Positions 1 to 10,779 of a stretch of 64,000 bases of DNA are shown here, piece by piece. This DNA is from Dimorphilus gyrociliatus (Eukaryota; Animalia; Annelida), in contig CAJFCJ010000009.1 of the NCBI GenBank assembly GCA_904063045.1, positions 2,108,968 through 2,172,967 of the forward strand. Reading direction: 5' to 3'. Each line of letters starts with the position of its first letter. Within the stretch, counting starts at the first letter, position 1. The position numbers were made by a program, and so were the translations under genes. Under the pieces are notes generated by a model. That model was not told the origin of the DNA and did not search any database. It saw only the letters and a program-made list of their open reading frames with translations.

Positions 1-2694
1 AAGAATGTATTAATGGACACAGTACAATATCGGTACTTGTTAAGTAAAGTTGTATAGCGTTTAAAAACTTTCTATATAAGAATTTGTTCATTATTGAATA
101 CTTTCACTTTAGATTAAATATAATTATTATATATTAAGATATAAAAGCATATAGATACAGTTTTTTATATAAAATGGAAAGCATATATCCTTAAGAGGAC
201 TCTTTTTTCATCGCTAAGTAATAAATCTGGCGTTGACAAGCCCGAAAGGCTTGAAGAAAGTCGACTTGAGCGTTAAAAGCGCTTGTTTACTTGTCAAATG
301 CCAAAAGGAATTTTTTCAATCCTTTTGAATAAAATAAAATAAAAAAAAGAAAGAGGGAAGAGAGAATAAGAAGTGTTAGAGGGCATAAGGTTGGGAAAAG
401 AAAGAAAGAAAAATAAGATGGGAACTCCCACCCATTTTTAAGGTTCTACTAAAGGTTGGAACTTGTCCATGGGAAAGATACACATTATTTAGCTTGTTGT
501 ATAAAGAAAGAATTACGTCATTTGCAAATTAGGTGATTAAAGATGCTAGACGCGTGTTTATACGATTGCGTACCATTGTTTAAAAGTTGGTGTATAGTAA
601 AAATAAATTGTATTATATAACCTAACAACCTAACCTTGTTGTTCACGTAAAAAGCTTGGATACCTAGCAAACAGAAGCTATCTGTAAGTATGAAAAGTAA
701 CGTTCATTACGTAATATTCATATGGATGCAAATCACTTGATGATGCAAAGGATAAAGTATTATGCTGAATTATTTTCTTTATAATTTAACATTTTTTAAA
801 CTTTCTACGTGTATGGGAAAGATAAACAGTGCTTAGCTGCTACAAGCGTAAGATTATGTAATATACCAAAAGATTATTTCCAAGTATCTTGGAATGGAAG
901 CTAAAGAATAAAACACAAAAGTAACAAGAGAGTATTATATAGACAATGGAACCTGGCAATCGTGCATGCTTTTTTCGAAAACAAGTAAAAACAATAATCC
1001 AAGAATAGGCCTAACTTAAGAGATACAAACGTAATAAAATCTTATAGTATATAGTATCTTATCCATATAGCAGATTTTTATATGCTTCATTTTTTCTCCT
1101 TGAAAGTGAAAGATCAGTTATAGTTATTGAGGGACGAAGATCTTATCTATTTCTCTCTCCTGTTAACTCTTCACTATTGGTTTTTTCTCCTTCCTTTTCT
1201 ACACGCTAGTTCTATTTATAGTTATTTATGCTAATTTTTTTCTATTTTAACACGTACGTTCGAACATTTTGCAGGAAGTATAGCATACAACTTTCCTCGA
1301 TTCTTTACATTAACATAGTATAATATTACATAATATGTAAATTATACAACATAGCTCTTATGTATGAAAGCCTTTCGTTCATATGTTGAAATTAGTTCAT
1401 TTCTTAAATTTGTCATGTTCACGCGTCATATTATACGAACCGTATGTTAAGAAGAGAGAATTCCTAAAGCACGTGGGAAATAATCTATAGAGTCAACCTG
1501 TAGAGGGATAACATTACCGAATAGCAGAGAATAAGAGAACCGTAGCCTTCGAATTGAATTGAATATTTCTATTTTCTTTTTGTTAAACTTAAAAGATACG
1601 GAGAGGTAGCTAAGGAATTTCTTTTATTGCCTTATCTTCTTTCCTTTTTTTATGAACGCATCATTAAGAAAGAAGAAAGGTTGATAGGAATGTATATCGT
1701 TAAGGAGTATAGTAACTTTATAGACCAAATGTGTTTATAAATAATGACTGTATTGTACTCTGTATATATATATGTATGTATATGTTACGTAACCTTTGAA
1801 AAGATAACATGCCGACTCTTTTTTATCTTGCTTTTGAACAATCGAGAGGTGCGGGATCATACAAAAAGTGCATAGTCGTCGGATAAAAAAGGCAGAGTAG
1901 AAAGGGAATTTTTTCGCTACCCTCTTAATTTCAATGGCTATAATTATTCATTACAACGCTCTTTTTTAACTTTTTATTACCCGTGTGACTCGTACGAATA
2001 CCATAGATGCTTTTGCATTGTAATAAGCCTCCAATTGACCGAAAGAAAGGTAAAAGGCTAACCGTTAAATCACTCTGTAGTAATCGACATTTCAACAGCC
2101 ATAATAGTATATATTTAGTTTCACATTAAATTTTCATTAAGGAAAAGGGAGTGGGGGTAAACTTAGTCTTACAGTTGAAAGGAATAGTAAGATAAATGAT
2201 GTCTTACTGCCCGCTGACTTTATTTAAGGAGGTTGTAAAAGTGGTATGGAAAATAAAAGGATAAAGGTTGCGGAGATGAGTAAAGAACGAATGGAATGTT
2301 CAATTGAGACTAAACACTATGCAATATTCGAAAAAAAGAATAAAGAAAACCATTAAACTACCCAAAGGAATATTTTTGTTCTTAGAAGGAAAGTCGTAAA
2401 AGATAACCAAACACAATAGAATGTTCTAAAAAAAATAACGGGTAGATGGAAAGTTTCATAAGTGTGAAATAACTCAACCTGTCAGACTCTAATATTACGC
2501 AATAAGGTAAAGATAATAAATACTAATAATAATGAGTAATAAAAACGTTTCCTTTTTATTGAATGCCTCTTATATTGTTTCGTATCCGTGTAGATGTATA
2601 TATTCTATGTAGACGGAGAAAGAATAGAAATAATCTAATAGGTTTCTGAATGGAAAGGTTAAGGTCGCGAGCCAGAAACGCGACATATGCGCCT

Positions 2695-2835
2695 ATAACG
2701 CCGGCGCACGTGCTCAAATTCCCGGCATTCCTATGTTCAAAAGCTTCCTTTTCATTTTCCCGGCGCCGTCACCTGCCGATGGAACGACGTCACCTGCTCG
2801 TGAGGAATGTTGCGCCCGGCTGGCGCTACCTGTCA
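2695..2835. promoter_or_regulatory. GC-rich candidate enhancer 3' of HES (proneural E-boxes, N-box)
   Basis: CACGTG 2707-2712; CGTCACCTGC twice (2767-2776, 2788-2797); CTCGTG (N-box CACGAG) 2797-2802; TGGCGCT 2821-2827. A GC island in AT-rich flanks. Confidence 0.55.
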
Positions 2836-3519
2836 ACCAGGAATTTCTATTGAATAATTCGCCTTTTTAACGAAATTCTTCTTCGTACTCCTCCCTTTTG
2901 CCCCCTCCTTTCTCTATTTACATGATTCTCTCGTTTGTTATTGTTTATATTAACAGAGCCAAATGGCCTACGTAAAGCAGGCTGTAAATAATTTAAAAAC
3001 AAATATTTCTGGATTCTTATAAATAAGACCTCTAATTTTCGTACACTTCATTATTAAGAAATATGAATATTTGCATATTGTAAGTTAGTTAGTTTGATCA
3101 CCTGTTCATTTATTGCGCTTTGAATATTGGAAAGAATTTTTCCGGATCGTTAAAGCATTCCTATAAAAAGAGGCATGCACGGTGAAAGGAATAAAAGGCA
3201 GGGAATAAAGGACGACACGTGTTACTTGGGGAAAATGTTTCTGGTAACTAGAAATTGGTGACGATCACGTAATTTTCAAATGAAGATGGCAATCTATTTA
3301 TCGCCTAGGGAGAGTAATAAAAGTTGGGAGACGTTTGTTACGTAATTAACAGGTATATTGAACCAGAGGTTGGTGGTGAATTATAGAGAAATAATTACCA
3401 TCTGGGATTACGAAAGAATCTCATATATTTTTTAAGTAGTTTTTATTCTATTCATGTTTAATACTATACATCAAAAGGCGACCTTAACGACTTTGTAAAT
3501 ACAAACAATCTTTTCGCAC

Positions 3520-3527
3520 TATCACAG
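3520..3527 (-). promoter_or_regulatory. K-box (CTGTGATA), miR-2-family target site in HES 3'UTR
   Basis: + strand TATCACAG at 3520-3527, 60 nt past the HES stop and before a minus-strand AATAAA at 3442-3447. Confidence 0.7.
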
Positions 3528-3587
3528 ACATGCTTATCAGTTTTTATGTTTCTCATCTTCACCAAGATGGGGTGGGCATGTAAGTTA

Positions 3588-4260
3588 TCAGTCACACCAC
3601 GGTCGCCAAGGGCAATTTTCTGTTGAAGAGGTGGAATAGTCTGAAACAGGGCTGCATGAAGATTCCCTGGACATTCTTTGTGCTCTTAGATTGAAATTTT
3701 CTCTGCTATTCGTGCCTTGGAGTCTCTTTAAGTAGACGTTCAAGTGTTGTAGTACTTTTTGCTTAAAGTTTTCATTTAGTGTTGTTGATGACAAATAGGA
3801 AGATACATAGGTGGCGCAATGGACAAAACCGTCAGAGAATTTGATGCTTGAATAATCCGAACATTTGTTATTGTTTTGAAGAGATTTTATATATTTAACT
3901 GTCATTTCTAGGACATCAGCTTTTTCTAATTTTGTATAATGAGCAGGCTATATGAAAAAGAATTATAACGTTAGTGACGTCAGTTATTAATGGATTTAAA
4001 TTTTTAAAACTTACATTCTTTGCTAATCCGTTCAGTACTAAATCCTTTAGTTGATCAAGAGATTTATTAATCCTATCTCGTCGCCTCTTCTCTATTATAG
4101 GCTTTTGAATCTATTCAAAAAAAAGTTTTATATTAGTAAGATGTTCATAAAATAAGTATTCTCAAGTTAAGGAATACAAGTAAATCCTAGAAACTGAAAA
4201 TAGGAAAGTTACCTTTCGAAGATTAACAGGAGAGGTATGGATATTCTTTTCCAAACTCAT
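3588..4260 (-). CDS. HES: Hairy/Enhancer-of-split (HES) bHLH-Orange repressor, 3 exons (4260-4213, 4110-4015, 3947-3588), 167 aa
   Basis: Spliced by eye with GT-AG introns: MSLEKNIHTSPVNLRK|IQKPIIEKRRRDRINKSLDQLKDLVLNGLAKN|PAHYTKLEKADVLEMTVKYIK. Proline in the basic region, 96-nt exon 2, Orange helix FSDGFVHCATYVSSYL...KVLQHL, C-terminal WRPWCD*. Confidence 0.95.
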
Positions 4261-4489
4261 TCTTTCGTTTCGCTATCAGAATGTACACTGACATTCCAAG
4301 AGTTTGGGGCAACCTTTTATAGAGCAGTTCAAATAGGCTCCTCCCACATTTCCTGATCTTAACCAATGAGCGCGCGGCTAACAGTTTAACTTTGGCGGCG
4401 TTCATCAAAAGTTTACGTAGTAGAAACGATTGTCGACGTAAATAGCAGGTTGTGGCGTTGTGAGCAAAAGAGAGACGTCTCAACTAAAG

Positions 4490-4702
4490 CACCTGTAGGA
4501 ATTTTTCTATGTACCTATAGTTGTGACAGGAGGGGGCTGGAAGAAGATTTTTAAGGGTATGCCTTACTGGCAAAAAGCCAGTAAGCGCGCGCCAGGCCAC
4601 ACGACAAGCGTGGGAAAATGGCGCTTTTATTATGCTCCACATTGTATCGGCAATCTAGATCGAATGTTAGTGTGGGAAAGTCGGTTCTCTGCTTGTCACG
4701 TG
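4490..4702. promoter_or_regulatory. HES proximal promoter with Su(H)/CSL sites, E-boxes and NFI-like palindrome
   Basis: CGTGGGAA 4609-4616, TGTGGGAA 4671-4678, CACCTG 4490-4495, CACGTG 4697-4702, CTTACTGGC-AAAAA-GCCAGTAAG 4563-4585. A further TGTGAGAA lies at 5338-5345. Confidence 0.65.
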
Positions 4703-7122
4703 CGCGACAGTAAACAAAGCCGCCTCTGGCTACGGTTACAGATGAAAAGATCCTGCATGGGAACGTTTCTAAATAGTGTTTATTCGATTTGCATAGCTTC
4801 TCCAGATTCTTATCCGTACGTGTGAGACTTTTTTAAAACGTATTCGGTTTCCATCAGCACGTGTTGCGAGTGCGTCCTATACGCGTTAGATTAAAGGCCG
4901 TTCTCCTCCTACTTTCTCTCACTTTTAAACCTGGCGTTCCTTCACCCCTTAGACTACCCCCCCTAAACACAGGAATGTTCATTTTTCACCGCCATCAATC
5001 TATTGTCTTTACCTCTAAACAACCTTCTTGTGATCTTTTGAACTTTTCCCGAAATTCCTTTAAAAACGGTAGTTGTTTAATTATCGGATGACTTTTGTCT
5101 TTTGTCAAACATTCCTATTCGTTTGATATTATGTAAATAGTAATTAATCCTAATGGGCGTGTTCTACGATGTAAATTAGAGAGCAAACTATAAGAGGGAT
5201 AAAGGGTGGGAGGAAGAGAAGCGTGGGTGCATGAGGGCGAAATAATTGGACTACCGACCAATTTTTTTCATTTCTAGACCAATTCGCTAATTAATGTAAT
5301 TAACGCCTGTTACCACCCCTGTTTTTTTTTGGGATGGTGTGAGAACGTGTTTGCGTGTTAGTTCTTAACTTTCAGCGTTAAAGCTGGTTGTTTCGTTCCT
5401 TTTCATCTTTTAAATTATGGCCCGTATAGATTTCGATACATCTGTATAATTCTTTTTTTTTTCCCCACTTGTGCTTGTGTTTACAGTACCTATGTATAAA
5501 ACTATACAAATATACGTTTATATATATATGGTTACAATTTTTTCGTTTGATTCCTAAAGCGTTTCTAATCTGTATGGATTGCACGTGTGTATATATTTAA
5601 ATAAACATTTACAATTTTCTCTTGCCTCTCTCGGCATAAAAAGTCCTGCTAATGATACTCTTTTCGTGGGCCTACCTAGTTTAATTCTACGATGAGAAAC
5701 GGAAAGCCCATCCCTATTTACTGTTAGGTAACCGGAAAACGTTACTAGACAGTTTTATAGGCTTATTCTATTGTAAACTTTTGAACGTTTTGTAAATTAC
5801 GCAATCTAACTATTCTCTAACGGATATAACGGCGTGTGCAAACAGATAAATAGTTATTTCTTATACGAGTATTGTAAATTTAAGCGTAGGCTCCCTTATC
5901 CCTCCTACCTTTTAGTCCTGGTTCTCTGCCCCCCACTGTCTCCTAGCATTCAACACCCCCGCTAAGTAATTCTCACCATATAGTTACTTTACCACTTATC
6001 TTCACTCTTATTTAATCTTTTACCTCTTTTTTAAATATTAAATCACTATCTCAGCTATTTTTTTTATCTCATTCCAATTATTACTTGCCCCTTTGTAGAA
6101 TAATCCCGAAATTATAATTTTTTTAGCCAAGTTAGGCCTACACCCCCACTCTTTTTTTTCAACAATAGCTCCATTAAATCGAATACAGATTTTTTTTGAT
6201 TGGATTTAAAGATACGTTTGACAAAAAATATGGCCGTTTAAACGCTTCAAACCTTCCATACTTAACTATTAAGATTTCCCTAATTTTCACCGTTGTTTAT
6301 TTCTGTTGATCATATCTCAAGTATCGAACGAATTTTGTAGGCCCAATTTTATTTTATTAATAGAGCTATCTGAATTAGGTAATTATATACTTGAAAAGAG
6401 TCACGAGTTTCCAAACCATTTAATGTGTATAAATTTACGGTATACAAACTGCATTTATATATATATATTAGACAGTTATAAGCGGTATCTTTTTTTTAGC
6501 TGTTCATAAACTAAAACTGTTTAGGATGTAGCTATTTTGAATATTATTAATAATACTACACAAAAAAAAGAAATCATAGAGTAAAATGAGGTGGTTGCCA
6601 TTCAAAATGTGAATAGCGTAACTTTCTTACCTTGAATAGATTATGAAATTTTGACAGGAAACCGGTAGACCACCCTGAACATATGTATATAGATATTTAG
6701 TAGAGTATTACTATTATATAATACTATAAGAATTTGTTCGGGTCATAAGTTGAATGGAAAAATGGGGCATTTACGTATACTAAAAGCGTTTGCTTTGAGA
6801 AGGCTTAATGATGATTTTAACACTGGTACACTAATATGTCACCAGAGGAGGTGCCTTTCGGTATTACTTTCACGTATTCAAGGAACCTTGAATGTCTTCT
6901 GATTTCTATTTAAGATTGAATAGAATTCGTATTTTATTACCTTTTTCTTTTTACAACAGTTTAGACCCATAAAAGGTAGGACTATTTTATTTATTCTAAA
7001 CAAATTACGAATAAATTAAATGAAACTGCTTATATAATATTTTATGGAAGTGAAGATAAGATATTTAAGATTTTTAAGAAGGTTAAAATTATTCAAAGCA
7101 CGAAAGAGTAAGATAGATAGAA

Positions 7123-7146
<24 letters not shown>
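7123..7146. repeat. (GA)n microsatellite
   Basis: Pure GA run read directly. Confidence 0.9.
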
Positions 7147-7153
<7 letters not shown>

Positions 7154-8898
7154 GGAGGAGGAGGAGGGAAGGATGGATGAGAAGAAGTTAAAAAGTAACC
7201 TTTTAAAGGATTATTTAATAAATAGAACAATATAAACTATATAAGATATCTTGTGTATGTATATGCCTGTGTCTTTTCGTATGCCTTTTTGGCTTTCTTT
7301 GATTCGATTCTTAGCTTTGTAGTTTATGTAAATAATTCCTGTATTTTTTTTTCTTTCGATTTTTCACAGGTGTATATATGCATATTCTTACTTCTTTTTT
7401 GCTAGTTTATTTAAGGTTTTAAAAAATGTCGGTTCTTGTATTGTTTACTATTTATCTTAGAATTTGTAGATACCGCATCTAATTTTCTTTTAGACGCATA
7501 AAGAAGATTCTTGGTGGGAAAAGAAAACTAAGATAAGCGTGCGAACGTTTTCATTTTCACTTTATCTTCTTTTATTTCTCTCTCACTGTCTTCTCTTCCC
7601 CTATCCCTATTCATATTCTTAACTAGACCCATTTTCGCCTCTTTAACAGCTAAACATCTCTTTTTACAGATTTATAACCCTTTAAATAAGAATAGGCATG
7701 GAGTAGTGTAGACTCGACATATCACCTCCCGTTAATGGCTATTAATTTTTACAACTGTCTTTAAATCTAGCACCCTCGCCCATTATACTCTCCTTTCAGG
7801 AATGCTCCCTATTGGTAATTCCTTTCATGTTACCGCATATAGATTGTTATTAACTTTGAATTAGCTCTAATTCACAATTATCATTAATTCTTCTACTATA
7901 GGTATTTGTTTGCGTCAAATTCTTTAAATAGAATTTACTATTTTCCTTCTATTCCTTCTATTAACCGCTAAAATGTAATTCCTGAACAAATTAACACGTA
8001 TTCTTTTATGGGCATATGTATGTTGCAGTTGGCTCGTGTGACTATATATATATATATATATATATGTATATACTGTATATACTGTATATTACTGTAAAGA
8101 TATGTCTGGGAAACGGGTCTAATTAAAACTGGTTATTTTTATATCCACAGAATAGTTAGCTATAAATCTATTCAGTAGAAAAAATCCCTTAACGTTAGTT
8201 ATTACAGTTTAGGATTTATGGCCTTTCTTTAAGAAATTTTTTTTTTCTTTTTATTGTTGTTTCCACCTCACCTCATTAAGGCGTGTGCCGCCATCTATGA
8301 TCAGTCCTACCGCTATATTGGCCTTTCGATAATAAATTCACAAACATTTTTTAAGTATTTTTTTTTTAAAAAAAATATTTTTCTTCATTAGAAAACTTTT
8401 CCCATGAAATTTTATTCATAAATTAGTAATGGAGAAAAGTTGTACAGTAATTAGATAGTTCTCTTTAAATACGCAATTTTTTTTATTTAGTTTGTAGGCT
8501 TATTCGTATGCTTGATAATCATTTCTGGGTGAATGAGGTACGGAGGTGGAGGAAGGCGCGTGGGGGAGGAGGGGAGGGGGGCGAGAGAGGTCACTGATCG
8601 AAGAGTGTTTTTAAATAATATAATAATAGTTTTACTATTGTAATGATATAAATAAGGATGTTCTATATATATATATATAGTGTATATTGATTTTAAAAAA
8701 TATAAAAAAGGAAATGGTTCATGTATAGACCTAAAAATGGAAACCAATAATCCAATTTCGTGCTCTTATCTACAAGATAAAAAGATTGTTAAGAGAGTCT
8801 TTTACAGGGATGGAATAATGTAAACTTTTCTCTCTCTTTCTTTTATATTGTATATTGTAAATTTATTCTTACGTTATTCAATAAGGTCTCCACCCTTC

Positions 8899-9460
8899 CT
8901 TGCCGATTTCACTAAGTAAGAGTAGATTTTTGATATAAGACAACAGCTGGAAAATTTTAGTTTTTCGGGAACAATTGATAAATCTGAAAAAAGATTGATT
9001 TGTTAGTAAACACTACTAGAATAATTAAAAATTATCTACTTAATACAAAAATGTTCCGTTGTTGGTAATTATAATAGTATAATGATTGTAGTAGATAATA
9101 AGATTGAAAGTATTTGAATATAATTCCTTATTAGAAACGAAATTATGAACATAGTGGAAAAAAGGTAAGATAAATGGGAATATAAGTGATTAATTAAAAA
9201 AATTGGTAATTGGTAATTGGTGTTTTTTTCTTTTTGCTGATTCAAACAGTAAACTTGTGATATAGGAATATATAAGCTATTGGCATTATGATTAACATTT
9301 AATAGAGTCTAATGTATTCTCGTTGGCTATAGGTATTTCGAGTTTAAACGGTCATTTTTGGACCAATCTATTATCTGGTTTTGAAAGCCAAGTTAAATAC
9401 TTGGACAAAATGTATGGCTCTGAGCAAAGGTCCTGAAGGAGTTAGAGTCAATGCTGTATT
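8899..9460 (+). pseudogene. Decayed short-chain dehydrogenase/reductase (SDR) fragment
   Basis: Collinear SDR motifs: LADFTK* (8899-8919), KIDLLVN (8991-9011), HLIES...ISSLNG (9296-9352), YLVLK = YxxxK (9372-9386), GPEGVRVNAV then a gtaagt donor (9461). In-frame stops, and a frameshift in the T-run at 9356-9359. Confidence 0.6.
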
Positions 9461-10347
9461 GTAAGTTTTAATATAAATGATTCAAAGAAATCAGAAACTC
9501 GTGGGGGGCAGTTTTACCTAACAAGATCGTTTTATAAATCCCCAATGGACTTTAACCAATTAAAAACGACTGTTGTGCAACAGCTATTCGGAAATTTATC
9601 GGTCGACTATTAACTACAGGTATTATTAGCATTCGTTTCTTCTTTTACGTTCTCCATTGAAGAACCGAAAACACGCTATTAAACAGATTCCAAGTGCAAA
9701 ATAACTTCATTGATATATCGGTTTACTATTCCTGAAATATAGAGATAATTTTTCCCCCTTAAGAAAGAAAAGTAGAAAAAAACCTTTTAATTGTTTTGAT
9801 TCTCTAGGTCACAAATGGATTTGACGCACTTAGAAATAGGGGAAAATAACTGATTATGATTAGAGCATGTCCTCTACAATGTTGTTTTTTCCATCTTCTA
9901 TGGCTTCTCAGAGTGTGCAGAGCTATTCATGGAAGCCTCATTAATTGTTTTGTTGGAAGGGTTTATATAAGCTTTATGTTTTGGGGGGACACTACTTACT
10001 AGTTGTAATATGTTTGTATAGGAGAGATGTATTATAATTAACTTGCTGTTAAATTGCGGCTTATCTCCTAAAGAAACATGGGATAGAAAGAGTGCTAACA
10101 AGAGTGTAAGACAATTTCAACTGTTCCATTAGACACGTGGTGTTTGTTGTACTTGTCAGATAAAAAAACAAAAAAAATACATGTTTGTAATAACTATTTT
10201 CATATTGGTGCTGACACCTGGTACGTGGTGTACAAGAAGAAATACTATATATTTATACTGTATAGTCTATGTAGAAGATTTTTTTCTGGTGTAATTACTA
10301 GACTGTAGATGGCGTCCATTGAAAAAAAATAATAAATAAAAAAAATT

Positions 10348-10470
10348 TGTCAGAAGTGGGATTTGAACCCACGCCCGCATTCGCGGACCAGAACGCCCCT
10401 GCTGTGCTAACATATTGCATAGCAAGTTAATACTTGAGTCTGGCGCCTTAGACCACTCGGCCATCCTGAC
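10348..10470 (-). tRNA. tRNA-Leu(CAA) with 39-nt intron (10394-10432)
   Basis: GTCAGGATGGCCGAGTGGTCTAAGGCGCCAGACTCAAG[intron]TTCTGGTCCGCGAATGCGGGCGTGGGTTCAAATCCCACTTCTGACA. A- and B-boxes, long variable arm, oligo-T Pol III terminator immediately 3'. Confidence 0.96.
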
Positions 10471-10779
10471 ACTCTGATCGTTGTAGTATTGAAATTGTAT
10501 ACAATATCTAATAATAGGATTACAAAATAACTGACTAACGTTCATACATGTTTCAATAAAAAGAGAACGACAAGTAGTGAAAGTATTTAACAAATTTTAA
10601 AAGAAAATTTACAATCTACTTAAATTTCATTTATTAAAATTAACTTTATTAGAAAAAACATTGAATCCAAACTTTTGTTTTTTTAAAAAAAAAAAGATAA
10701 AAAAAAGTTTGGCACTTTTTTTTCTTTAAAGTTGTAAAAAGCCAAAAATCAAGATTGAATAATAAAACATTATCAACTA

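Noticed and set aside
2650-2853. 67-aa ORF in the GC island
   Set aside because: No recognisable protein features; the GC richness is explained by clustered TF motifs.
4223-4483. 86-aa minus ORF over the HES 5' end
   Set aside because: Different frame from the spliced HES exon 1 (ATG 4260); overlaps the 5'UTR/promoter.
4671-4700. Possible Su(H) paired site (TGTGGGAA...TTGTCACG)
   Set aside because: Second half-site has a core mismatch and the spacer is 14 nt, shorter than the usual 15-17.
6808-6902. C/D-box snoRNA-like (ATGATGA...CTGA)
   Set aside because: No convincing terminal stem, no rRNA-complementary guide recognised, not intronic; the boxes are short and common in AT-rich DNA.
7044-7235. 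63-aa RERE/EEE ORF
   Set aside because: Translation of a GA microsatellite.
8560-8583. G-rich run as a G-quadruplex
   Set aside because: Only three runs of three or more G; at best a weak two-tier structure.
10267-10593. 108-aa ORF
   Set aside because: Reads through the tRNA-Leu gene; incidental.
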